NCBI GenBank assembly: GCA_965203315.1
Contig: CBDBCE010000004.1
Coordinates: 1 to 64,000 of the forward strand
Direction: 5' to 3'
Origin: Nitrosopumilus sp.
Lineage (GTDB): Archaea; Thermoproteota; Nitrososphaeria; Nitrososphaerales; Nitrosopumilaceae
DNA: 64,000 nt
Position numbers and translations under genes: made by a program. This document shows positions 11,207 to 20,777 of the stretch, in pieces. Below the pieces are notes generated by a model. It saw only the letters and a program-made list of their open reading frames with translations, was not told the origin of the DNA and did no database searches. The first letter of the stretch is position 1. Every line of letters starts with the position of its first letter.

Positions 11207-12277
11207 ATGCGTGCCCTAGTTTATGATAAGTATAGTTTTGATGATGACTATGCCAAGATTCTAAATGTAGTTGATATTCCCGAACCGGAACCAGGTCCTG
11301 GAGAGGTAGTCTTTACCGTACGCGCAGCTGCTCTCAATTATGACGATATATGGGGAATGCGTGGCAAGCCTCTTGCTGTACCGTTACCACATATCTCTGG
11401 GACAGATGCTGCAGGTGAGGTCACTGCAGTGGGCAGTGATGTCCAAAATATCAAAGTGGGAGATCGAGTAGTATCTCATGGAAACATCTCTTGTCGAATA
11501 TGTAGAAATTGTACGTCTGGACGTGAGTTTGACTGTAGATCTAGAATGATCTGGGGATTTGAGACCGGTCCTCTCTGGGGCGGATACTGTGAAAAGACTC
11601 ATCTACCTGAAGTAAACGTAGTCAAGATTCCGGACAATATATCCTACGAGTCAGCTGCTGCGGCATCTATGACTTTATTGACTTCATGGCACATGCTGGT
11701 TGGTCGAGCAGAGATACGGCCTGGTCAAGTCATCTTGATAATGGGTGGTGGCTCTGGAGTGGGCAATTATGGAATACAGATAGCCAAACTCTTTGGTTGT
11801 ACTGTTATTGCTACTGCCAGCTCTGACAAACTAGATCAATGTATGCATCTTGGGGCAGACTATGCTGTGGATCATAGAAAGGATGACTGGCACAGTGCTG
11901 TACGCAGTATTGCAAAGAATATTCCGAAACCATATGGAGGCGTACGTGGAGTTGACGTCATCTTTGAGCATATTGGTGGTTCACATTGGAACAAAGGGCT
12001 TACACTACTCAACTATGGCGGAACCATAGTTACGACAGGTGCCACAACTGGATATGATGCATACACTGATCTACGTCATATATTCTTCAAAGGAATCAAT
12101 ATCTTTGGATCCACTCAAGGGACACGTGCTGAATTGGAGCAAGGTCTCTACTGGATGTCTCAAGGAAAGATACGATCTGTTATCGACTCTGAATATACAC
12201 TAGATCAAGCTGCTCTAGCTCATACGAGGATGCTAAGAGGTAAAGGCGTATTTGGCAAGATAATAATCAGACCATAA
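11207..12277 (+). CDS. Zinc-binding MDR family dehydrogenase/reductase
   Basis: CRICRNC...C Zn site; GGGSGVG NADPH motif; FGKIII C-terminus. Confidence 0.9.
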   Translation: MRALVYDKYSFDDDYAKILNVVDIPEPEPGPGEVVFTVRAAALNYDDIWGMRGKPLAVPLPHISGTDAAGEVTAVGSDVQNIKVGDRVVSHGNISCRICRNCTSGREFDCRSRMIWGFETGPLWGGYCEKTHLPEVNVVKIPDNISYESAAAASMTLLTSWHMLVGRAEIRPGQVILIMGGGSGVGNYGIQIAKLFGCTVIATASSDKLDQCMHLGADYAVDHRKDDWHSAVRSIAKNIPKPYGGVRGVDVIFEHIGGSHWNKGLTLLNYGGTIVTTGATTGYDAYTDLRHIFFKGINIFGSTQGTRAELEQGLYWMSQGKIRSVIDSEYTLDQAALAHTRMLRGKGVFGKIIIRP

Positions 12278-12552
12278 ACAAGAGTTATCTTGAAAGTTAA
12301 ATCTATGGCAAATCACCCATCTGATATCATCTTGACACAAAATCTTGATCGCATGACCAGTTCTTATGTAATGCGGAGAGTCACTTATCTGATATTCAAA
12401 GAGTTAGGATAGATACCCACAGTTTGACATGCAATAACAATGATAGTGTACGAGTTTACATCAATTGACGATATACGTGTAGAATGTGAATTCGTGTGAA
12501 GGTTGGACGAATCAAAAATACGATGCAATGTGCTAGAAAAGAAACGTCTACG

Positions 12553-12580
12553 TGAACAAATTGTTCATTAGGCTTAAATA
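12553..12580 (+). promoter_or_regulatory. S-layer promoter copy 1 (palindrome TGAACAAATTGTTCA + TTAAATA box), facing the 3' end of its inverted gene
   Basis: Same sequence as found directly upstream of the S-layer ATGs at 36372 and 50345. Confidence 0.85.
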
Positions 12581-12581
12581 C

Positions 12582-12609
12582 AAACTATTGATGTGAATAT
12601 CAATAACAT
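12582..12609 (+). repeat. Putative recombination site, locus 1 left: AAACTATTGAT-GTGAAT-ATCAATAACAT
   Basis: Inverted relative to 17725-17752; one of six homologous sites. Confidence 0.85.
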
Positions 12610-12824
12610 GTATAATTGTACAGGTTGTACAAGTGCTTGTAAAGTTATCTGACATGACCTTTTACAGTCTATTAGTCTACGTACCTACTTCACATCTCTT
12701 GTATCAAGTATCTTGTGAATGAGTAATATTGTATAATGCAAGAGTCAAGAATGAAGGAGTAGAGATCATCGTATATTGTCATTGACACTGTATGTAGATA
12801 TCACTATGCATAGTTGTATCATAT

Positions 12825-12840
12825 AAAAAAAGAAAAAAAA
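12825..12840 (-). terminator. Oligo-T terminator of S-layer gene 1
   Basis: T8-C-T7 on the minus strand, 9 nt after the stop codon. Confidence 0.7.
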
Positions 12841-12848
12841 GGTTTGAA

Positions 12849-15800
12849 CTAGTTTACAGTTATTGTTGTTGTCTGTTGTGGAGATAGTGCAGTTGGTATA
12901 GTCAACGACTCCCATGCAAATACGGTAATTGTGTATTCACCGGATGCTGTTGGTATCCAAGACTGAGATGGACTAAACGACTGAGATGGTGTTAGTGAAC
13001 CATCAATCCAAGACAGAGATACTGTAACGCCATCGCTATCTTGAATTTGTACCAAGTATGCAAATGGCTGGTCTTTGTCTTGTGTGTTTGTCAAATCTGC
13101 AGTGATCTGGACTTGTTGATCTATTGATACTGTACTGAGTGTTGTACCTGTAGAGTCTACTATTCTCAACGACTCGATCTTTACTCGTTCTAGAGGAGGT
13201 ACTATTGTTCCTATTATGGTGGTTGCAGTGATGTCTTCAGAGTCGCCTGTATTGTATGGAGCAGGTAGAGTGTTGTCGCTGTACTTTGCAGTGACTGTGT
13301 CTCCTTCTTCTGTGGATAGTTTGTGACCGCCTGATTGGACAGAGAGTCCAAAGAATACAGTACCTTCAAAGATACCACTTGCTGGTTGAGTCTCTGTTAC
13401 TGTAAGGGTTATTCCACTAGGTGCACTAGAAGACCATACTTTGACCTCAAAGTTGTCTGCAGATTCTGGATTCAAGTTCATGTCGGGATCGATTACACGT
13501 AGTACGCCTGTAGCTGTAGCAGGATAACTTGCTTCTAGCCACTGAACCTCACCAATGTTCCAACGGATTAGAGCAGACTTGCGAACAGTCTCTTCGTCAG
13601 AGAACTCGAATGATACCTCGAGTCCGTCGTCGTTGTCTGTTGGTAATAGTCCATCGGTTGGTCCTTTACAGCTATCACATGTACGACCTGTGACGTCTTT
13701 ACCGTTCTCTCCTGTGGAATCATCACCGTCTGCGTCGTACGAGAATCCTGTCAGTATTACTTCACCTGTAAAGATACCAGTGTTTGTACCTGTCTCTACG
13801 AGTTTGTAGTTTTTAATGTCGTCGGATCTTGTAGCAACACGCACTGGATATGGATCCGCACCAATCTCGTCTACTTGGTTTGTGTTTAGGTTGTGATCAG
13901 GAGCTGTTACAGTAATGAATACCTTGTCGGTCCAACTGTATACGCTTTGATCTAGTTCTATTGTAGCACCAAAGTTTGATGTGAATACCGTTCTGTCGAT
14001 ATCTTCTGTATTATCACCTACAAAGTCTGCACCTGATGGTCCATAGTCGGTGTATTCTAGCTTGATCTCTTCACCACGCTCTAGTCTGTCGTTGTCTATG
14101 GCCTTGGGAACAGATATGACCACTTGGAAGATACCTGTGCTAGGACCAGTCTCTCGTAGAGAACCTGGTTCTGCATCGAATATACCTTCACTCAGATTCT
14201 TGGTACCTGCGTCCGAGTCCCACTTTATCAGATCAAGTGTGTATGTTTCGCGTGTACCGCTGTCTAGATCAAGGTCTGGATCGATGAGTGTTACGATCAT
14301 GTCCGAGCCTATCACATATACAGACTTGTCTGTCTGTAGAGCACCGTTTCGTAGATCAAAGGTAGCAGAGTCTGTGACTGTACGTGGGTTACCAGAAGCA
14401 TCTGTTGTATCGTTGTACTGTACGGTAAGGATATCACCTTGTAGGATGCATGTACGGCTTGTTGTACCGTCAGCTATTGTTCTACTTGGACAGTCACTGC
14501 CACTTGGCCCATCTATGTAAGATAGATCAAAGCTTACTTCGAACACTCCAGATTCAGGAGATGTCTCTGTTAGAGCACCAAACTTTGCTGGCTCTGGACA
14601 TTCACCACCACTATCTCGTGCATTAGTGTACTTTAACTCTGCCAAGAGATATGCTGTCTGTTTCGTTGTCTTTTCAGCGTCTGTAGCATCAGTATATGCC
14701 TGTAGTGCATCATCTCGTATCTGTTTTAACTTGCTGATTGCATCGCTTGCGTTTGAATCTTCGCCACCAGCATGACCTATTGCACACTCGTCACCACTGC
14801 GAGAGATCGTGACCTTTACTGGACCATTTCCGTCCTCGTCTTCGATCTTGTCCTCACCTGTAGGATTCAAGTTGTAATCTGGGTCGTTTACTTGAACATA
14901 GACTTTGACTGTACCTAGTGGAAGAGGTTCAGGAGGATTCTTCATGTCCAAGAATCCTGAAGAGCCTGGGTCTGTATCAGTGCCGTATGGAACTGGATAT
15001 ACAGTTCTATCTAGCGATACAGAGCCTGTACTTGCACCAATCGATGCAGAGTCACCAGCTGTGACTATCTGACCAGATGCATCTCTAAAGTCTAGATATG
15101 TTACGCCAATATCTTTGCCGCTTGTAGGTGTGTTAGGGTTTCTCGTGTTTACTGTATCGTCGTCATTAAAGTTGCATACTTGTTTTGGTATAGAAAATGA
15201 ACCTGTAAAGACTCCTGTACTGGATCCGGTCTCTTGTAGAGTGAATCCGGTTTTAGCGAGTCCGTTCTGAATGTTATTATCTAGGTCACATGCGCCAGAT
15301 TTCCATCTCTCACCACCAATGGTTACTTCGAGTAGCATTCCTAGTGATTTGCCACCTGGTAGTAGAGACTTGTACTTGATACCAGCTACATTGGTTACAC
15401 TCATGCCTACTTGATCTCTATCTGTGTCATTGTGGTTACTGTCCATCACTACCGTATAGGTATCAGCACGATCAGGATCTGTATTCAGATCAGAGTCCTC
15501 TAGTGTGATTACGACATTGCTGCCTACACTGTATGTCTCTGCGTTCAGAGATACCACACCACTAGAGGTTGCGATATCTTGTTGATCAGAGACCACAGCC
15601 ATGTTGCCGTTCGAGTCTATGTCTGCATAGTTTACTCGAGCATCAGAGCCTGTAATGTCCTCAAAGGCGATGAATTTGACTTCGTTGCCTATTGGGGTGA
15701 TGCTTTCGTATATGAAACCAGTTTTGATTAATTGCTTAGCTTCATTTTCAACGAATTGGTCATGTACCATAACATCAAGTTGGTTTACCATAACGTACTC

Positions 15801-17726
15801 TAGCGTTCCTGTAAAGGTGCTGGTGTTCTCGCCAGTCTCTTCTACCTCGACTCGTATAATCTGGTTTGCAACTCTCTCATCTGCTTGTGCACCATCATTA
15901 TAGAACCCATAGGAGAAGAAATCTGAAACTATTGGATATTCCTCGCCTCCTACAAATTTAAAGGGACTTGGGAAGTGTAGTGATAGTAGAAGTGGTGTAT
16001 TATCGTCTACGTTGACTTTATTTGATAGTTCTGCACCGGATATTGAAAAGTATGCACCCATATACCCACCACCACCAGCGGAATGAGCAGCTTGGACACC
16101 CCACGATGTCATGTCTCTGAGGTCATTAGTAAGAGAGTATGGGAAATCATTATTAGTAGAGCCCTTAAGAGATGCACCATAAATCACATTCCTGTCATTG
16201 TCGAGTAAGACAAGAGTGCCATCTATGCCATCTATACCAAAGATACTATAATCATAGTTGAATAGATTGCGACCTGTAAAGTTACCAACGCCGTTAAGCC
16301 CATCGTCATTGATTGATTTACGAAGATCTCCAAAAGTACCGAATGGAATAGCAACCGTGTTGACAGTAGTATTAGTAGCGACTGATATGATACCTCGGTG
16401 ACTATCATCGACGGTGTAATTTAGTACGTATATGCCACTTTGACTGGAATCTGTCGAATATGTTGGAGTGTTAATCGATCCAGTATTGTATCCATAGATT
16501 GTAATTGTATCAGTAGAACTGACACCGTCCTTTAGTGTATGTGGATCACCCGTCATGAATATTGGAATTCTTGCGTCTGGATTGGTTATCGTTTGATCGT
16601 CTTCTGCATCACTGTTGAGGTTTTGATCTGCATCGACTATGGTTAGGTCTATCTTTTCACCAGAGTTCCATGTACCGTCCTTGATATCGAGGTCTACTGT
16701 AGCAGTTGTGAGTCGTACGTTTACAGATACAGTTTCATCACTATACGTGATTTGAGTATTTTGACCGCGTGGTGCATTATCTTGAACCATTATGGGAGAC
16801 TTGTCATCGTTGGTGATGGTAAATACGCCCGTGTTCGGACCAGTCTCTTCAAAGATGTAATTTGTAGTACCCGATTCTAGTTGTAGTAGATCATTAGTGT
16901 CACTAGATCCTATGTCATCTATGCTAAAGCTACACTTGTCATCTTTACAACCAAGATTGGTACTAGTTGGCATGATCGGTCGCTTTTCAGATTCACGAAT
17001 CTTGCTAGAATTATTATCGTACATGTATGTTGGAACACCACCATCTACTGCATATCTCCAGACATCTTTAGTTGTCGGATCTATGTTTAGTATATGGTCA
17101 GTTATCTTTACGTGTACGTGAGAGTTTCTCGGATATGATGTTCTGTCTAGTGTAAGATCATTGTTTACAGAGTCATCATATGTGATCGATATTGTTTGTG
17201 GCGATCCAGCCTTGTGATACACTATGTTAAAGGTATCATCGAGTTCAAAAGACTTTACTATATCAGTGGCGTTTCCAGTCTTCTCGCCAATAGTAATGCC
17301 TGCTTGCCTAACGATATTTTTCACTTTAGGCTGACCATCATCAGTAGAATGCCACAAATTCTGGGCATCGTCAAATGAAGGAGTATTGCCATCAGGATCA
17401 TCAACCGCTCTAAAGTACCCATACCAATTGCCATCAGTGTGTCTATGCATCTTTAGCGTTGTGTCATCAACAGTTACACGAGGCTCAGCATCGTCTGCAT
17501 CACGGATCAACGGATCATTTACAATTACTTGCACTATCTGTAGTCCACCAAAGGTGTTCTCGAACCTAGAGCCATATCCATTTGGATCAGCAGCTGAGAC
17601 GTATAGGTTTGGTGTCGACTGGGCGTAAACTGGCTCCATGCTCGGCATAGCAAAGGTCAGTCCGCCTGCGACCATTATTGTCATTAGTATTAAACTAGTT
17701 GTTTTTCGTCCTATTTCGTTATTCAT
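12849..17726 (-). CDS. S-layer protein paralog 1 (SlaA-like, 1625 aa)
   Basis: Signal peptide MNNEIGRKTTSLILMTIMVAGGLTFA; repeated ETGxNTGxF motifs; C-terminal QSFSPSQSWIPT...FAWES, as in Nitrosopumilus S-layer proteins; true start is the ATG at 17726. Confidence 0.9.
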   Translation of the reverse strand: MNNEIGRKTTSLILMTIMVAGGLTFAMPSMEPVYAQSTPNLYVSAADPNGYGSRFENTFGGLQIVQVIVNDPLIRDADDAEPRVTVDDTTLKMHRHTDGNWYGYFRAVDDPDGNTPSFDDAQNLWHSTDDGQPKVKNIVRQAGITIGEKTGNATDIVKSFELDDTFNIVYHKAGSPQTISITYDDSVNNDLTLDRTSYPRNSHVHVKITDHILNIDPTTKDVWRYAVDGGVPTYMYDNNSSKIRESEKRPIMPTSTNLGCKDDKCSFSIDDIGSSDTNDLLQLESGTTNYIFEETGPNTGVFTITNDDKSPIMVQDNAPRGQNTQITYSDETVSVNVRLTTATVDLDIKDGTWNSGEKIDLTIVDADQNLNSDAEDDQTITNPDARIPIFMTGDPHTLKDGVSSTDTITIYGYNTGSINTPTYSTDSSQSGIYVLNYTVDDSHRGIISVATNTTVNTVAIPFGTFGDLRKSINDDGLNGVGNFTGRNLFNYDYSIFGIDGIDGTLVLLDNDRNVIYGASLKGSTNNDFPYSLTNDLRDMTSWGVQAAHSAGGGGYMGAYFSISGAELSNKVNVDDNTPLLLSLHFPSPFKFVGGEEYPIVSDFFSYGFYNDGAQADERVANQIIRVEVEETGENTSTFTGTLEYVMVNQLDVMVHDQFVENEAKQLIKTGFIYESITPIGNEVKFIAFEDITGSDARVNYADIDSNGNMAVVSDQQDIATSSGVVSLNAETYSVGSNVVITLEDSDLNTDPDRADTYTVVMDSNHNDTDRDQVGMSVTNVAGIKYKSLLPGGKSLGMLLEVTIGGERWKSGACDLDNNIQNGLAKTGFTLQETGSSTGVFTGSFSIPKQVCNFNDDDTVNTRNPNTPTSGKDIGVTYLDFRDASGQIVTAGDSASIGASTGSVSLDRTVYPVPYGTDTDPGSSGFLDMKNPPEPLPLGTVKVYVQVNDPDYNLNPTGEDKIEDEDGNGPVKVTISRSGDECAIGHAGGEDSNASDAISKLKQIRDDALQAYTDATDAEKTTKQTAYLLAELKYTNARDSGGECPEPAKFGALTETSPESGVFEVSFDLSYIDGPSGSDCPSRTIADGTTSRTCILQGDILTVQYNDTTDASGNPRTVTDSATFDLRNGALQTDKSVYVIGSDMIVTLIDPDLDLDSGTRETYTLDLIKWDSDAGTKNLSEGIFDAEPGSLRETGPSTGIFQVVISVPKAIDNDRLERGEEIKLEYTDYGPSGADFVGDNTEDIDRTVFTSNFGATIELDQSVYSWTDKVFITVTAPDHNLNTNQVDEIGADPYPVRVATRSDDIKNYKLVETGTNTGIFTGEVILTGFSYDADGDDSTGENGKDVTGRTCDSCKGPTDGLLPTDNDDGLEVSFEFSDEETVRKSALIRWNIGEVQWLEASYPATATGVLRVIDPDMNLNPESADNFEVKVWSSSAPSGITLTVTETQPASGIFEGTVFFGLSVQSGGHKLSTEEGDTVTAKYSDNTLPAPYNTGDSEDITATTIIGTIVPPLERVKIESLRIVDSTGTTLSTVSIDQQVQITADLTNTQDKDQPFAYLVQIQDSDGVTVSLSWIDGSLTPSQSFSPSQSWIPTASGEYTITVFAWESLTIPTALSPQQTTTITVN

Positions 17727-17752
17727 GTTATTGATATTCCAATCAATAATTT
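17725..17752 (-). repeat. Putative recombination site, locus 1 right: AAATTATTGAT-TGGAAT-ATCAATAACAT
   Basis: Overlaps the start codon; followed on + by gcaaat, like the right flank of locus 3. Confidence 0.85.
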
Positions 17753-18117
17753 GCAAATGATTGAAAGATACACATCTAACGATATGTGTTGAAGCAACAA
17801 ATCAAACAGATTTCAGTCTCGACTATTGCATTGTCATCTTGTCTTGAAATATGGCAGAAACTTTGAATTACGCAATATTTTACTATATAATTCTGATCTC
17901 TATTAATTCAAGTCTTAGATGTAACATCTTCACAACATCCACAATATTTGTCAGACCAACGCTTTGACGAATTAGTAGTTTGGAGGATCAGTACAGAAAC
18001 ATTGCATTAGGATATGCCTGTTACAAAGTTTCATGTCTTTTCATAGGATGGAGCCTAGTACGTTGCATACATTAGAACGGTTGAATTATATACAAAAATC
18101 GGTGATCAAAAGCTAAC

Positions 18118-18492
18118 TTGGTAGGCGAGCTGGCAGGCAACTATAGTGTTATAGTGTTAATGTTTGGTTTTGCATGTGCAGCCATGGCTCCTGCTTTACT
18201 CGTATCTAGAATGATCTCTCCCAGAAAACATAGTAACCCTGTAAAGTTTCTTCCAATGGAATGTGGTCAAGTGCCTAGTGGTGCAGGACGTACTCACTTT
18301 ATGATGCAATATTATCCCTATATCTTGATGTTTGTAATATTTGACGTAATGGCGATCTTTCTATATGCATGGGGTACGGCACTCTTTGAGATACCAAAGG
18401 CAGCTACACTCCCAATGATGGGTTTCTTGGCAATAATGTTTGGAGCCATGGCATTTGCATTATATCAATCTGGAAAGCGACGAATATGGTAG
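18118..18492 (+). CDS. nuoA: NADH-quinone oxidoreductase subunit A
   Basis: PMECGQ, YILMFVIFDV motifs. Confidence 0.93.
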   Translation: MVGELAGNYSVIVLMFGFACAAMAPALLVSRMISPRKHSNPVKFLPMECGQVPSGAGRTHFMMQYYPYILMFVIFDVMAIFLYAWGTALFEIPKAATLPMMGFLAIMFGAMAFALYQSGKRRIW

Positions 18493-18532
18493 TTATTTAT
18501 ACAAAGAACTCGTATGGTAATAGGAGATAAAA

Positions 18533-19048
18533 ATGCTCAAAGATTTGGTAACTCCAGAGAACGCAAATGTCTTCGTAGGTAAACTAGGCGATATTTTAGT
18601 AAAAGCTATTGACAAACCACTTGGATATGCGATCAATTGGGGTCGAATATGGTCATTATGGCCAGTTCATATAGAGACTGCGTGTTGTAGTGTGGAGTTT
18701 GGAGCAGCATCAAGTCCTAGATATGATGTTGAACGATTTGGTATAATCGAAGCATTTGGTTCACTACGTCAATGTGATCTAGTTGTAGTCCAAGGAACTA
18801 TTACAAGAAAGATGGCTCCTCGATTGAGACTAGTATATGATCAGATGCCGGAACCAAAGTATGTTATTGCAATGGGCGCATGTGCAATTACTGGTGGACT
18901 ATACTTTGACTCGTATAATGTACTTCCAGGAATTGACGGTGTGATTCCAGTAGATGTGTATGTGCCAGGTTGTCCTCCAAGACCCGAGACACTGATACAA
19001 GGTTGCATGTTATTACAAGAAAAGATCAAACGACTCAAAGCGCGCTAG
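18533..19048 (+). CDS. nuoB: NADH-quinone oxidoreductase subunit B
   Basis: ACCSVE, MGACAITGG, PGCPPRPE. Confidence 0.96.
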   Translation: MLKDLVTPENANVFVGKLGDILVKAIDKPLGYAINWGRIWSLWPVHIETACCSVEFGAASSPRYDVERFGIIEAFGSLRQCDLVVVQGTITRKMAPRLRLVYDQMPEPKYVIAMGACAITGGLYFDSYNVLPGIDGVIPVDVYVPGCPPRPETLIQGCMLLQEKIKRLKAR

Positions 19049-19582
19049 ACATGATAATAAGACATATGATTAATCTTACCGATCTCGAATTCTAGTCAAA
19101 TGGTAAATATCACAACACTAATTTTGACAAATTTTGAACATGATGCGAATCTGTCAAATATCGTAAACTTTAGATGCTTGACCCAAAAACACGTATTTTG
19201 AATTTATCGTGTATTGTTCCCTGACAAGTTACAGAATATGATGGTTGTTTTCCTGTACTAGTTTTTTAGGCTATTGCATATGCGATGTCTCAATTTAGAC
19301 TAGTCCGCACATTACAAAATGCTATACAATCCGAATTATTTTGAATCAAATCTGGTGCCGATCATGATTTCGGCTGTAATCCACCAAGTCGATCATGTAC
19401 TAGAATGTCAAAATCACTTATTCTGTATTCCGACATGTCTGTTTGGCGTTGGCGTAACCGCTTACGTATTAGAATATAATCATCTAGCTCACATGCTAGT
19501 CTCATATCTTGGCTAGAGAGTTACTAAGATAAAATAACGCGAGGCTCAATATGTTTTTATGTTGTGATATAGTAATACTAGT

Positions 19583-19674
19583 ACTCTGGTACCCCACAGG
19601 TATCGGTGAGAGTGGTTGTTGCGTCTAGTAATGACTACGGGGAGGATAAGGGGGAGCGTTCTCCCCCCCTCCTG
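19583..19674 (-). ncRNA. Putative structured RNA downstream of DUF3800 gene
   Basis: GC-rich stretch starting right at the stop codon; hairpin GGAGG-GGGGGAG-AACG-CTCCCCC-TTAT-CCTCC and ACTCT...AGAGT pairing. Confidence 0.55.
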
Positions 19675-20415
19675 TTAAATTATCTTCAAACCGTAACCAA
19701 CATACTGTCCATCTCTAGAATAGAATTTATCCTTAAGCATAGAATAGTATCTATTCCAATATTGCACATGTACATCGCTTGAGCTATTTACTCGATGATG
19801 TTTACGCATACAGTATGCTACACAGTCTGCAATCTGCACTAATTCATTCCATCTAGAATTAGTAAACAACACTCCACTCATCAAATAATTAAAGTTTGAA
19901 TGTATTGTACCTTTATTTAGTATTGGTTCTAGTTTGGATTGAAGTTTTTGATCTTTCATTCCAGCAGAATCTATGATCGTCATCCCATATTCTAGAGATT
20001 CATTAGCCTTTTGAAACATATTGTTTCTTTGTGCCAAATAACGGTTAAACCGCTCAAGTACAGGTATGTATCCAAACACTTCATTGTCTAGATATTTTCT
20101 TTTTTTATCAACAATAACTCCAATAATATCTAGATCAGTCTCTTTAGCAGTTATGAATTCAAAGAGATCATCAAATATTGAATATGTGGCGTTTAGAGAT
20201 ATTTTTTTGTATATGCCACTACGATTAAGTATGTCTTTTACGTGAAGTTCTACATTATCTGGATGAATATCTGGAAAGTGTTTAGATTTGATATTCCTGA
20301 TTTCTCTTTTTATGTGGCGCCAAGAGTGGTCGTGAATGATTATTGCTGCTAGTACAAAATTTTCAGGATCGCTATACTCTGGTCCTCCAGATGAGTCAAT
20401 ATATGACAGATACAT
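19675..20415 (-). CDS. DUF3800 domain protein (RNase H-like)
   Basis: N-terminal YIDSSG, ELHVKD and C-terminal VQIADCVAY motifs. Confidence 0.85.
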   Translation of the reverse strand: MYLSYIDSSGGPEYSDPENFVLAAIIIHDHSWRHIKREIRNIKSKHFPDIHPDNVELHVKDILNRSGIYKKISLNATYSIFDDLFEFITAKETDLDIIGVIVDKKRKYLDNEVFGYIPVLERFNRYLAQRNNMFQKANESLEYGMTIIDSAGMKDQKLQSKLEPILNKGTIHSNFNYLMSGVLFTNSRWNELVQIADCVAYCMRKHHRVNSSSDVHVQYWNRYYSMLKDKFYSRDGQYVGYGLKII

Positions 20416-20777
20416 ATCACAAATATTGTGACAAGGAATATTTATCGTTGATCATGTGTACACATTTATTCTACTTGGCATCTGGTTTTCCCTCTTCGAA
20501 TCTTAATACTTTGCATCGAGTCTGTACATATTCTGCACTACATGTTGATCGAATATACAACACAAGATGTTTTAGACCTCTATAGACTCCAAATGGTCAA
20601 ATTAAACCAAAATTATACCAAAGTGCAAAAGTATTTTCCAAGGCGACAACAAAAGAACGCATATGTACTTTTATGAACGTGTTCCTCTTGTAATAACGAC
20701 AGCGTATATGTCATTTCTTTAGGTAAAATCGTTCGAATGATGTCCTTTTGATTTCCGTAAAGATGTATTCATAATTA

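Larger units (their letters stand above)
12582..17752 (-). other. Putative invertible S-layer cassette 1 (OFF orientation)
   Basis: Gene plus trailer between inverted 28-bp sites; promoter left outside at the gene's 3' side. Confidence 0.8.

Noticed and set aside
12608-12652. Cys-rich 14-aa peptide MYNCTGCTSACKVI that the OFF-state promoter could express from the ATG inside the site
   Set aside because: The equivalent frame at locus 2 gives an unrelated peptide (MNNWYRLCNVPVQSLA); the ATG is simply part of the inverted repeat.
13555-14520. Antisense ORFs repeated at all three S-layer loci (e.g. MFQRIRADL..., MYSSLISS...)
   Set aside because: Shadow ORFs that recur only because the sense-strand DNA is near-identical.
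17727-17756. N-terminal extension MQIIDWNINN of S-layer ORF 1 in the ORF track
   Set aside because: It is a translation of the recombination site from a TTG; paralogs start at MNNEIGRK.
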